DNA of 64,000 nucleotides from Scenedesmus sp. PABB004 (Eukaryota): assembly GCA_014905635.1 (NCBI GenBank), contig JABVCE010000010.1, forward strand, positions 1 through 64,000. Direction: 5' to 3'. Positions within the stretch are counted from its first letter, which is position 1. Each line of letters starts with the position of its first letter. The translations under genes were made by a program, and so were the position numbers. Shown here piece by piece: positions 22,187 to 37,146 of this stretch. A model generated the notes under the pieces. It did not search any database. It was given only the letters and a program-made list of their open reading frames with translations, and was not told where the DNA came from.

Positions 22187-23788
22187 ATGTCGCTGCACTT
22201 CGACTTCCCCGGCTGGCGCGCCGACGTGGGCGCCGCCGCGGCGGCGCGCCGCGAGCCGACCGCGGCGGCGGCGTGGGGCGCGGCTGCCGCGGCTGACCTG
22301 CAGGACCTGTCCAGCGGTGGCGAGGACGACGACGCTGGCGACGCGGCGGCAGGGGCAGCGGACGGCGCAGCAGCGGCGGCGGACGGCGCAGCAGCAGCAG
22401 CGGCGACAGCAGCGGGAAGCGCAGCAGCGGAACGCGGCCCGGCGCCCGGCGCCCGCTGCGCGCCCGCGGTGGCGTGCCCCGACGCCGTGCTGCTGCTGGT
22501 GGCGAGCAGCCTGAGCCTGGCCGACGCGGCGTCGATGGCCTGCGTCTGCACCGCCTGGCTGGCGGCGCTGCGGGGCGGCCCCGAGCCCTGGCGCCAGCAT
22601 CGCGTCGCGCTGCTGGGCGCCGCCGCGCGCCCGGCCGCCGCGGTGCTGCCGCCCAGCCTGGTGCGCAGCGAGCTGCTGGCGCTCAAGACGGGCCTCGCGG
22701 CGACGGCGGTCTGCGGCGCGTTTGGTCCGATGCGCCGCGGCTACGAGGCCGTCCTGGAGGCGCTGGAGGGTATCTGGGCCGCCGTGAGCGCGGCGCCGCC
22801 TCCGGCCGGCAGCGGCAGGCGCATCACCCACGTCGACGAGCTCTGGGACGACGACGCGGCGCGCGGGCGACGCGGCGGCGGCGCGCCGCCCGGCGACGGC
22901 GCCGCGCCGCCCGGCGCCGGCGGCGCGCCGCTGGACGGGCGCGCGCTGCGCCGCATGGTCGGCAAGCTGTCGCAGGCCGACTGGGCGCTGGCGTTCCGCG
23001 GCGTGGGCGTGGCGCTCGCCGCGCGCGCGGATGACATCGCGGAGCGCTTGCGCGCGGAGCTGGCGGCGGCACCGCGCGGCGACGTCGCCGCGGCCGGCGC
23101 CGACCCCCACCACGCCCAGCACGCCGCCGCCGCGGCGGACGGGGGCGCCTGGGCGGTCTCGGCCGCGTCGCAGCTCGCCGAGCGCGGCGGCGCAGGGCTG
23201 CTGCCGGCTATTGAGGCGAGCGCGGGCGGCGCGACCGCGGGGGAGCTGCTCGCGGCGGAGCCGGAGCTGCTCGCGGCGGCCACGGCGCGCGGGCCGCGAC
23301 CCGAGGCCGGCCTCGCGCTCCTGCGCGCGCTGCTGGCGGCGTGGGGTCGCTATCGAAGGTGGCTCGACGGCGTGACCGCGGCGTGCGGCCTGCTGGGCGC
23401 ACGCGTCGCCGCCGCGCGCGCGCTGCAGCAGGCGGAGGGCGCGAGCCGCCCCGGCGCCCCGGCGGCGAGCATCCCGCACCTGCGGGACAAGGGCGTGCTC
23501 TGCTTCCGCTGGGTCCTGCTCGCGCACGGCCTGCGCCGCCCGCTGGCGCAGGCGGGGCTCTGGCTGGCGGCGGGCGCGGCGGCGGAGCCGGCGGCCTGGC
23601 GCGCGGGCGCGGGGCTGAGCGACGCCGACCTGGAGCTGCTGACGCAGCTGCGCAAGCTCCTGCGCGAGCTGGACGTCGCGGACGACGGCTCCGAGCCGCC
23701 GGCGCGGCATACACACGCCAAGTTTAGGCGCGTCTGGGGCGCGCTGCTCACGCGCGAGCGGCGGCGGCACACGCTGGTGCTGGGCTGA
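22187..23788 (+). CDS. Intronless F-box protein with cullin-repeat-like C-terminal region
   Basis: F-box-like CPDAVLLLVASSLSLADAASMACVCTAWLAAL. The single open frame runs from ATG 22187 to TGA 23788. Confidence 0.75.
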   Translation: MSLHFDFPGWRADVGAAAAARREPTAAAAWGAAAAADLQDLSSGGEDDDAGDAAAGAADGAAAAADGAAAAAATAAGSAAAERGPAPGARCAPAVACPDAVLLLVASSLSLADAASMACVCTAWLAALRGGPEPWRQHRVALLGAAARPAAAVLPPSLVRSELLALKTGLAATAVCGAFGPMRRGYEAVLEALEGIWAAVSAAPPPAGSGRRITHVDELWDDDAARGRRGGGAPPGDGAAPPGAGGAPLDGRALRRMVGKLSQADWALAFRGVGVALAARADDIAERLRAELAAAPRGDVAAAGADPHHAQHAAAAADGGAWAVSAASQLAERGGAGLLPAIEASAGGATAGELLAAEPELLAAATARGPRPEAGLALLRALLAAWGRYRRWLDGVTAACGLLGARVAAARALQQAEGASRPGAPAASIPHLRDKGVLCFRWVLLAHGLRRPLAQAGLWLAAGAAAEPAAWRAGAGLSDADLELLTQLRKLLRELDVADDGSEPPARHTHAKFRRVWGALLTRERRRHTLVLG

Positions 23789-23925
23789 GGCGTTCGCGCC
23801 ATGAGTGGAGTGAGCGGTTACCCACCACCAGCCCCCGGTCATGCAATCACGCCCCCCGTCACGCGATGAGCGCCAGCGCCAGCGCCGACCAGTGCTCTCT
23901 GACGTTCCCGTTGGGGCCAGGCCGG

Positions 23926-26900
23926 TCACTCGTCGTCCAGGGAGGCCATCAGGTTTGCGAGGTCGGACTCGGCCCGCTGCCGCCGCGCCACCTCGGCCGA
24001 CAGCGCCTCCTGCGCCGCGCGCAGCTGCTCATCGGTGCTGCCCGCGCTGCTGAAGCTCGTGGCACCGGACGACGTGCGGCCGGACCGGCCCGACCGCTGC
24101 GGCGGCTGCGACGACTGCTGCGGCTGCTGCTGCTCCTCCCGCGAGCGGCGCGCCCGGCTGCCGCCGGCCGCGCTGCTGGCGCCGCTGCTGGCTGGCGTGC
24201 GCGCCGCCGCGCCCACGCGCGCGGCGTCCGAGTCGGCGAGCAGGTCCAGCAGGCGCCCCTTGTCGCCCTCGAGCGCCGTCAGCGCGCTGTGAGACTCGTC
24301 TGCGGCGTCGGCGTCGGCGGCAGCGCAGCGCGGGCTCGCCCCGCGCGCGGCGCGGCGGCGGCGCGGCCCCCGCGGCGGGCAGGCGCGCGCAGCCGGGCGC
24401 GACCTCGCTCACCCAGCTGCTGCTGCAGCCAGCCGTTGGCGGCCTCGAGCTGTGCCAGCGTCTCCCGCATGGCCGCGAGCTCGCCCGCGGCGCCGGCGCC
24501 GCCGCTGCCGGGGCGCGGGCTGCCGCTCGCGGTGGCGGTGCGCGCGGCGAGCGCGAGCGCCTCGGCGCGCAGCCGCGCCAGCTCGTGCTCCTGCGCGCCG
24601 TGCGACTGCTGCAGGGACGCCACGCGCTGCTGCAGCGTCGCCACCTGCGCCCGCGCGGCGGCTCAGGGCGTGCGCCTGGGGCGCGTGCTCTCGCAGGGCA
24701 CCCGGCGCTGTGCACCCCAGCCGCACGGGCCCCGGCCGCGCGGGCCCTGGCCGCACCTGCTCCTCCAGCAGGCGGTTCTTCGTGACCACCGTGCCGAGCT
24801 GGCCGCAGCTCTTGGCCACGTCCAGCTCGCTGCGGTACTCGCGCGCGCGCTGCGCCGACAGCAGGCCCTCCAGCTCGCACACGCTGCGGCGGCGTGGCGA
24901 CGGCGGCGCGCGGCTTTAGCGGAGGGGGCGGAGCGCAGCAGCTGCGCGCCGCAGTGCAGCTCAGCAACCCCGGGGCCAGCGCGCCCGCACCGCTCCTGCT
25001 CCAGCGCCAGGCGCTGCGTGAGGCCGGCCACCTCGGCCTGCGCATCGCCCAGGCGCCCCTGCAGCAGGCCGAGCTGCGCGTCCGACGCCGCGAGCTGGCG
25101 CTGCAGCTCCTCGCGCCCACGCTCGAGCATGAGCCGCACCTGCGCGCCGGCGCACGCGGCGTCAGCGGCGCACCCGCGGCGCCCGCGGCGCGCGCGGCGC
25201 GCATGCGGCAGCCCCGGCCCGGGGGGCGCGCACCTGCTGCGCGGCGGCCAGCTCGCCCAGCAGGCCCTCGCGCTGCGCCGCCACCTCCTCGCCGTCCGCG
25301 GCGCCGCGGCTGAGCTGGCGGCTGAGGTGGTCCGCCTGGCGCTCGTACGCCGCCAGCTCCAGCACCTGCGCCTGCAGCGCAGCCGCCTGGCCGCGCACCT
25401 CCTCCTTGAGCGACCGCACCTCCTCGCCCGCCGACGCCAGCGCCGCCTCGCGCAGCGCCGCGTCGCGCTCGAGCTGGCGGCGGCGGCGGCAGCGGCGTGA
25501 GCAGGGCACCGGCTCGGCGCCGGCGCTCGCGGGCCGCGCCACGGCGCCGCGCAGCGCTGCCCCCGCGCGCACCTGCATGACCGTCGCCTGCAGGCGGCGG
25601 TGCTCGGTGGCGAGGCCCTGGTACGCGCCGCGCACGTCCTCCACCTCCACCTCGCGCAGCCGCAGCAGCGACTCCGCGTTGCCCACCTGCCCGCGCAGGG
25701 CCGCCGCGGACTCGGACAGCCCAGCGTGCTGGCTGTGCAGCGCCGCCAGCTCGCTGCTCACGACCTGGGCGCGAGCGCGCGCGCGCGCGCATGCACGTGG
25801 CAGCCCGTCAGCGGGGCGCCCGCCCGCGGCGCACCGCGGCCGCCCCGCCCGCAGCGGCTGCGCTGTTCGCGCCGCGCACCTGGTTCTCCCGCACCAGCGC
25901 CTGCATGTCCTCGCCGACCGCCGCCAGCTCGTCCCGCAGCGCGCCCGCCTCGCCCTGCGCCGCGGCGAGCGCCGCGAGCGCGCCGGACAGCTGCTCCTGC
26001 AGCGCGCCCACCTCGTCCGTGAGCGCGGCGCTGCGCTCGTCGCCGTGCATCACGCGGCCCTCCGCCGCCGCGAGCTGCCTGCGGCGCGGCGCGGCGGCCG
26101 GGGCGGGGCGGGCGTCAGCACGCGTGCCGGCTGCGCGGCCGACGCCGGCGGCACCCCTGACCCGGGGCGCCGCGCCTGGTCGCGTCATCAGCGGCCGCGT
26201 GCGCGGCGGCCGCGTCGTCCGCCAGCGCGGCCGCCTCCTCGCGCGCCGCGTCGAGCTGCGCCGCGAGCTCGTCGCGCGCGCGGTCCAGCGACGCGAGCGC
26301 CTTGTGCAGCGAGTCCGCCTCCGCCCCGGCGGCCGCGAGCGCGTCGTCGCGGTCCTGCAGCGCCGCGCGCGCGTCCGCCACCTCCACCTCCTTGACGCGC
26401 AGCTCCGCGCTCAGCGCCTGCGGCGCCGCGCCGCGCGGGCGGCGCGCCGCGGGGTCAAGGCCTGGCTCCCCGCGCACGCGCGAGTGGGCCCGGGCGCGCG
26501 AGCGCCGCGCGGCGCTCACGCGCAGGCTGGCCATGTAGTCCTGCAGCGTCGCGTCGCCCCGCAGGCTGAGGCTGGTCAGCTGCTCCACCTCGGCCCCGCG
26601 CGCCGCGAGCTCGCCCGTCAGCCGCGCCACCTCGGCGCGCGCGTCGGCGGCGCCGCGCTGCGCCGCCTCGAGCTGCCGCTTGACCTGCGCGGCGGCAGGG
26701 CAGCAGCGCGTGGCGCGTCAGCGCCCGCACGCCGGCCGTCCGCGCCGCACGCGCCCCGCCCCCGCGTCCCCCGCTGCGTGCGCGCGGCGCCGCGCCTCGT
26801 CCAGCTCCGCGCCGCCCTCCTCAGCCAGCGTCTCGGCGCGCCGCGCGCGCTCCGCGTACTCCCGCCCCGCCGCGCGCGCCGCGTCCTCGCGCCCCTTGGC

Positions 26901-29900
26901 GGCGGCCGCCGCCGCCTCGGCCGTCGCCAGCAGGCCCGACAGGCGCTCCGCCTCCGCCTCGGCGCGCGACAGAGACGCCTGCAGCGACGCGACGCGGCCC
27001 TGCAGGCTGAAGGCGCGCGCGTCGGCGGCCGCCGCGCTCGCGCTGCCCTCGTCCAGGCTCGCGGTCAGCGCCTCGAGCTGCGCCTGCGCCGCGGCGCGCT
27101 CGCCCGCGGCGCGCTCGGCCGCCTCCTCGGCGCGCCGCGCCGCGCCGCGCGCGGCGTCGACCTCGGCCGACAGCTCCGACACCCGACTCGCCGCGTCGTC
27201 GCGCTGGGCCGTGATGTCATCCAGCAGCCGCTGCAGCTCCGCCAGCGCCGCCGCGCCCGCGCCGCGTGCGCCGCTGGCCACGGCTGCGTCGCGGCGCAGC
27301 GCGCGCGCCTCCTCCTCGGCCGCCGCGAGGCGCGCGCGCGCGTCGGCCAGCGCCGCGCCCGCCTCCTCCAGCTGTGCGGCGAGGCCCTTGGCGGAGCCCG
27401 CCTCGGCGGCGCGCGTGGCCAGGCGCGCGCGCGCGGCCGCGAGCTGCTCCGCGCCGCTGTCCGCCGCCGCCTGCGCCGCGAGCAGCTCGTCCTCCAGCCG
27501 CGCCACGCTGCCGGCGAGCGAGGCGTTGTCGGCCTGTGGTGAGCAAGGGGGGGAGGGGTGGTAAGCGAGGGAGTGAGCGGGGCCGGCGGGGAGCGCGAGG
27601 GCGCGCCTGCGGCCCGCGGTGGGGCGCTGGCCGCCCTCTGCCGGCGCGCACCTGCAGCTGGTCCAGCTCCTGGCTCAGCTCGCCGCGCTCCTCGCGCTCG
27701 CGCGCGAGCTGGCCCTTGAGCTGCGCCACCTGGCTCGCAAGCACACTGCTGTCGTCGCCCGCCTCGCGCGCAGCGGCTGCCGCGGCGCTGCGCTGCTGGT
27801 GCGCCTCGCGCAGCTGCAGCGTGGCCGCCTCGGCCGCCGCCTGCGCCGCGGCGTGGCTGGCCTCCAGGCGCTGCACCTGCGCGGCCAGGTCCGCGACGCG
27901 GCCCTCCAGCGCCACGACCGCCGCGCGCGCCCTGAGCGCGGCGCCGCGCTGCGCCTCCGCGTCGGCACGCGCCTCCGCCAGCGCCGTCTCGGCGGAGTCG
28001 CGCGCCTTGGCCGCGTCCGCCGCCGCAGCGTCGCTTGCGTCGCGCTGCTCCAGCGCGGCGGCGCTGCTGCGCCGCAGCCGCAGGGCGTCGGCCGGCTCTG
28101 CCTGCGGCGCCGGCTGCTGCTCCGCCTTCTGCTGCGTCGAGGGGCGGGCGCGCGGGCGGCACGCGGCGGCGGCGTCAAAAGGGGGCGACGCGCGGCGAGC
28201 GCCGATCCACAGCCGAGTGCCACGCCGCTGCGCACCCTGGCGGCGCCGCGCGCCTCGTCCGCCTGCGCAGTGGCCTCGTCCAGCAGGAACTGCATCTGCT
28301 CCAGCTCGCGTGCCTGCCGGTCCTCGCGCGCGCGCGCCGCGTCGCGTGCCTCCTGCGCCGCGCCCAGCTCCAGGCGCAGCGCCTCCTGCTGCAGCTTGGC
28401 CGCCGCAAGCTGCGCCTTGAGCTCAGACACCTGGGCGTGGCGGCGGCGGCGCAGCGAGCTCGACAGGCGGACCGCGCAGCGTGCCGGCTGGCGGGCGCCT
28501 GTGGCGGGGGTGCACGCAGCGCCGCGCGGCCGCCGGCTCACCGCTGCGACGGCGCCGTCCACCTCGGCCGCCGCGTCGGCGCCCGCGCGCGCCTGGCGGC
28601 CCTCCAGGCGGCGCAGCTGCTCCCGCATGCCCGCCACGTCGCGCGCGGTGGCCGCGTTGGCCTGCAGCGCGGCGGCGAGCCGCTCCTCGGCCTCGCGGCG
28701 CGCGGTGTCGGCCGCCGCCAGGCTGCGCTCGAGCCGCGCGTGGTCGCCCTGCTGCTGCTGCGCCTCCGTCAGCTGCTGCGAGAGCGTGTCGACCTGCGGT
28801 GGCAGGCGGCCGGTGGGCAGCGGCGCGCCCCGCGCTCCGGGCACGGCACAGCCCGCTCCTGCGCCTCCTCCACCCTCCCAAGCTGCACCTGCTTGTTGAG
28901 GCTGAGAATGATGCCCTCGGACGCGACGGCCAGCTGGTCGCGCGCCAGGCGCTCCACGTCCGGCCCCGCCGCAAGCTCGCCAGACATGCGCGCGAGCTCC
29001 GCGTCGCGCGCCGCGACCGCGCGCAGCGCCACCGCGAGCGCCTGCTGCAGCTCCGCGACCTGCGCGCTGCGCGCCGTCAGCTGCTGGCTCAGCCCCGACA
29101 GTCGCGCGTCGGTGGCCTCCTGCAGGCTGATCACACTCGCCGGCGGCGGCCTGGCCGGCGCGGCGGCGCCGCCTGCGTGCACGGCGGCGCGGCAGCACGC
29201 GGCACGCACAGCGCTCAGCAGGCGCCCACGGCGGGCGCCGGCGCCGGCGCCGCGCGCGCCCCGCCGCTCACTCAGGGGCTTGGGCAGCACGATCTTGAGC
29301 GACTCATCGATCGGCTCCACCAGGCCTGCGCGACGGCACGCGGGGCGGGCGCGCGCGTCGAAGTCCGCGGCAGCCGCGGCCGGCGCGCCGCGTGCTGGGA
29401 CGCGCACCCGCTTTGGCGCGCTTCTCGCCCAGCCTGATGAGCTCCGCCACGCGGCGGCGCAGCCCTTGGTTGTCGCGCTCGAGCGCCTCCTGGCGGCTGA
29501 GCGCGGTCGCCTTCCAGAAGGCCAGCTCCGCGACGCTGTCCTCGAGGCGCTTCGCGCGGACGTACGACTCGCGCTGCAGCGCGTCATAGCGCTCCGCCTC
29601 ACGGATGAGCTGCTCGTGCAGCGCGCTGTTCTCCTTGCTCAGCCGGCCGCAGTCCTGGCGCACAATCTCGAGCTGCGCAGCGGCGAGCGCGCGCGGCGCC
29701 GTGCAGCGTCAGCCGCCGGCCCCGCGCGCCGCTGCCGCGCCGGCAGCGCGCAGCCCCGCCCTGCTGGCGCCACCCGCCGCGCCCGGTGGCTGCGCGACGG
29801 CCCCGCGGCGCCGCGGCGGGCGCGCGAGCGGCGCGCCTTTGTTTGCGCGGCGGCGACCTCCTGCGCGTACTTGGCGCCCTGCGCCTTCACGCTGCGGTAG

Positions 29901-30028
29901 CTGTCGGTCGTGCGGATCAAATCGGCCACCAGGCGGCCCACGAGCGGGCCGCTGGCCGCGTCCAGGGGCTCGGTGTAGGCGAGCGCCTCCAGCTTGCGCC
30001 GCAGCACCACCAGCCCGCGCTCGTCCAT
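23926..30028 (-). CDS. BLD10: Basal body/centriole cartwheel protein BLD10/CEP135; ~17 exons
   Basis: The N-terminus (VLRRKLEALAYTEPLDAASGPLVGRLVADLIRTTDSY...KRLEDSVAELAFWK) matches the BLD10/CEP135 head. It is followed by a long coiled coil containing EDMQALVRENQVVSSEL. Sixteen introns, three GC-AG. Confidence 0.9.
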
Positions 30029-30358
30029 GGCGCCCGCGGTGCTCCGGATCAGGCACGAGCCGGGAACATCGCCGCGGGACGGGCGTGCGGCCTGGCGGGG
30101 CCGGGGGGCGGCTTGGCGGCAAGCTGCTGTTCGTGATGTCAACAACACGCCGCGGAGTGGGCCGGCGAGGCGCGGGATCGCTCGGGCGCAGGGAGGTGTG
30201 CCGGCGCCAGCACGGGGAGGAAGGCTGGCTCAAAACATTTCGCGTGCTGCTCGCGACAGCTGAACAGCCAGGCCGCTCGCGCGCCGCGTCGCCGCCGCTG
30301 CGCAGAGAGCAGGAGTTGCCTCCATCCCACAGCGCTCACTCCTGACACGCCCCTGCCA

Positions 30359-31647
30359 TCAGCCCGCCGGCGCCGGCGGCGGCTCGAAGGCGAAGCGCGG
30401 AGCCCGTTTCTCGAGGAACGCGGCCATGCCCTCGCGCTGGTCGGCCCCTCCAAAGCAGTCGTAGAAGAGCCGCCTGCAGGCGGTGGGTGCGGGGCGCGAC
30501 TGCTCGCCGGCGGGCGGGGCACGGCCGCGCACGTGCGCGGCGCGCGCGGGCGCAGGCAGCCACGCACCGCTCCACCTCGAGGCCCTGCTCCAGCGGCAGG
30601 CTGTCCGCCGCGGCCGCGGCCTGCAGCACGCGCGACACCGCGCTCGGCGGGAAGCTGCGGGCGGCGGCGCGCACGTGGGCAGGGCGCGCGCCGCGCTCGC
30701 CCCCCCCCCCTCCTGCCCGCGCCGCCGCGGCGCGCCTCGCGATCGTGTCTGCGATCGCCTGCGCCTCGGTCAGCAGCTGCTCCGGCGGCACGACGCGGCT
30801 GACCAGCCCCGCCGCGAGCGCCTGCTCCGCGCTCAGGCGTGAGCCGGTGAGCTGCATGTCCAGCGCGCGCGCGCGGCCGACGCGGCGCGGCATGCGCTGT
30901 GTGCCGCCCATGCCCGGGATGACGCCCAGGCCGACCTCGGGCTGGGGGAGGGAGGGCGGCGGGCGCGGCAGCTCAGCCTCCGCCGGTGCGACGCGGCGGC
31001 GTGCGGCGCGGCGCGGCCGCACTACGCCCACCCCGCGCGCGCCGCACCAGGCCGAAGACCGCGTCGCTGGCCGCGATGGCCAGGTCGCACAGCATCACGA
31101 GCTCCGCGCCGCCGCCGAGCGCGAGGCCGTTGACCGCCGCGATCAGGGGCGTCCAGCGCGCCCGCCCCGACGCGAGCTGCTGCCAGCGCGCAAAGAGCGC
31201 CTGCTCCTCCGCGTCGGCGCACGTCAGCTTCGCCATCTCGCGGATGTCTGCGCCCGCCGCAAACGCGCGGCCCCGGCCCGTGAGCACGACCGCCCGCACG
31301 CCCGGCTCCGCGTCCAGCGACAGCACCGCGTCCACCAGCGCGTGCATGACCTGCGCCGTGGGTGCGCGCGCGCGTGCGTCCGGCGGCGAGCGCGTGCATC
31401 TGGGGCGGCGGGCGGGCCAGCGGCGGCGCTGCCCGGGCGCTGCCCGCGCCGCGCTCACTTCGGTCGAGAGCGCGTTCAGCGTGCGCGGCCGATTCAGCGT
31501 GACCAACGCGGTGTTGCCGTCCTGCCCGCGCGTGACCTCGACCGCTGGAGCTGCGGCTGCGGCCGCGCTGCACGCGCGCTCGCGCGTGTGCGCAGCGGCG
31601 CGGCGCGCACGGTCGACCGTGCGCGCCGCGGCGAGTGCGCGGCGCAT
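30359..31647 (-). CDS. Enoyl-CoA hydratase (crotonase), probably mitochondrial; 5 exons
   Basis: TLNRPRTLNALS, AFAAGADIREM, AAVNGLALGGGAELVMLCD, FGLPEVGLGVIPGMGGTQR and DQREGMAAFLEKR. Confidence 0.95.
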
Positions 31648-31959
31648 CGTGGTGAGTGTCCGGGACGATGCCTACTGGTGCGGTTGTGCTTCCTGAGGAG
31701 CGCGGGAGTGGGAGTGGCCGCCGGCGCGCCGGAGCGAGCGGCGGAGCGGCGGCGCGGCGGTGCAGCGGCCGCCCGACTTCGGCCGCCCGGGACTCAATGC
31801 GCCCGACACGCGCTCCCCGGCACTGCGCTGCGCGTTCGTGAACGCACGCTCGCTCGTGAACGCACGCACACGCGCGACGCCAGCGCCGCGCTGCCGCCGC
31901 CGCTGCCGACGGCGTCTGTCGCGCAGACAGGCCTCCCGCGCTCGCCGATCGGACCCGCG

Positions 31960-33444
31960 ATGAAGCAGACTCTGGCGCAGCGGCCCGGCGCGTGCGCCGG
32001 GCGGCTGTGCGCAGCGGCCGTCGGCAGGCCCGCTGCTGCCGCTGTGCGGCCGCGGCGCGCGGGCCGCCGCCGGCTGGCTGCCAGCGCGCTGCTCAAGGCG
32101 GTGAGTCCTTGAGCTCAGCACGCCCGTGGGCGCAGCAGTTGCCGCCGCCGCCGCCAAGGACGCTTCCGGAAGCGTCCCGCCCGCGCCCGTGCCCGCGCGC
32201 AGGCCGAGGGCGTGGCCGTGACCTGGCGCCAGACGCCGGACGAGGTGCTCATCAGCGTGCCGGTCGCGGGTGACGTGCGCGGCCGGGACGTGGCGTTTGA
32301 GGTCCACCCGACGCGGCTGTCGCTCTCGGTCGGCGGCAAGACGCTGCTGGCGGGCTCGCTCGCCGACGCGGGCGCGGTCGTCGTCGACGACTGCGTCTGG
32401 GTGCTGGAGGACGCGGACGAGGGCCGCGTGGTCGCGGTGAGCCTCGCCAAGGCGACGATGGGCGCGGCCTCGTGGGACGCGCTACTTCAGGGGGACCTGC
32501 CGGACCTGGCCATCACCCACAGGGTGCTGCTTGACGTTGACGTGGTTGGGAAGAAGGGGCGGGTCGTGCTGGGGCTGTACGGCGGCGCCGTGCCGCGCAC
32601 GGTCGAGAACTTCCGGGCGCTCGTGACGGGGGAGAAGGGCCTGGCGCTCAAGGGGTCGCCCTTCCACCGCATCATCCCGGGTGCGGCGGCGGCGCGGGGA
32701 AGAGCAGGGGCCGCGGCAGGGGCGCGGCAGGGGCGCGGCAGGGGCCGGCAGCCGCGCCGCCGCCTCACGCCTGCGCGCCCGCGCGCCCCGCAGGCTTCAT
32801 GGCTCAGGGCGGCGACATCACGCTGGGCAACGGCATGGGCGGGGCGAGCATCTACGGCGAGACGTTTGAGGACGAGAACTTCAAGCTCAAGCACGACGCG
32901 CGCGGCGTGGTCGCGATGGCCAACGCGGGGCCAAACACCAACGGCAGCCAGGTGCGCGCGCTGCGGCGCCGCGCGGCGCGGCGCCTCCCGGGCGTGCCGC
33001 GTCGCCTGAGCGGCAACGCGGCGGCGGCGCCGCCGGCGCCGCCGCGGCCCACCTCTCCTCACCGCCCGCCGCCCGTGGCCACCCCGCCACCCCGCCGCCC
33101 CGCCGCCCCGCCGCCCGCTGCCCCAGTTCTACATCACCTTTACCGCCACGCCCCACCTCGACGGCAAGCACGTGGTGTTTGGCAAGGTCATGGCGGGCTG
33201 GCCGACGCTGCTGGCCATGGAGGAGCAGGGCAGCGAGGGCGGCGACGTGGCCGGCCCCGTGACGCTGACCGACGCGCGCCTGCTCGCGCCGGAGGAGGAC
33301 GCCGACGGCCTCGTGGCGGCCGCGGCCGAGGCGGCGCGGCAGGAGGCCATGGCGCGGGCCTTCCTGGAGGAGGCGGACGCAGCGGCTGCCGCGGGCGCGA
33401 GCGGCGGCGAGGCCGGGGCGCAGCAGCCGGCCGCCGCGCCGTGA
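31960..33444 (+). CDS. Plastid-targeted CS (p23-like) domain + cyclophilin PPIase; 4 exons
   Basis: Transit peptide, CS-domain start [16 protein letters not shown], then cyclophilin motifs [42 protein letters not shown] and [10 protein letters not shown]. Confidence 0.9.
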
Positions 33445-33551
33445 GGCGCGGTGCGCGTGGGGCGGGCGCCCTCGCCGGCCTGGGGGTAACACAGCTCGCG
33501 CGGATTACTCGCGGCACGCGCGACACGTGCACCCGCCCGCTGCCGCAGCAG

Positions 33552-36817
<3,266 letters not shown>

Positions 36818-37146
36818 GGCGGCCGCCGTCACGCCGCGCCGCGCCAAGCCAGCGGCGGCGCGGCGGCCCCGGCGGGACGCGGGCGGGCGGCAGCGGCGGC
36901 AGCGGCGGCGTGCGCGGGGCGGGGGGAGCGGCGTGCGGCGCGGCGGCGGTGGCAACACGCACAGGGCGGGACGCTCGCCGGGATTGTGCTGGCGCGGTGT
37001 GGCGCCTTGTTACGGCGCGGCGGGGTGCGAAAGATGAACCGCGGCCTGGTGCCAGCTCGCGCTGGCCCCGGCGGGCGCGGCGCCGCGCACACGCAGACCC
37101 CACCGGCCTGCCCGGCCCGACGCACGCCCAGCGGGTCGCCACGATC

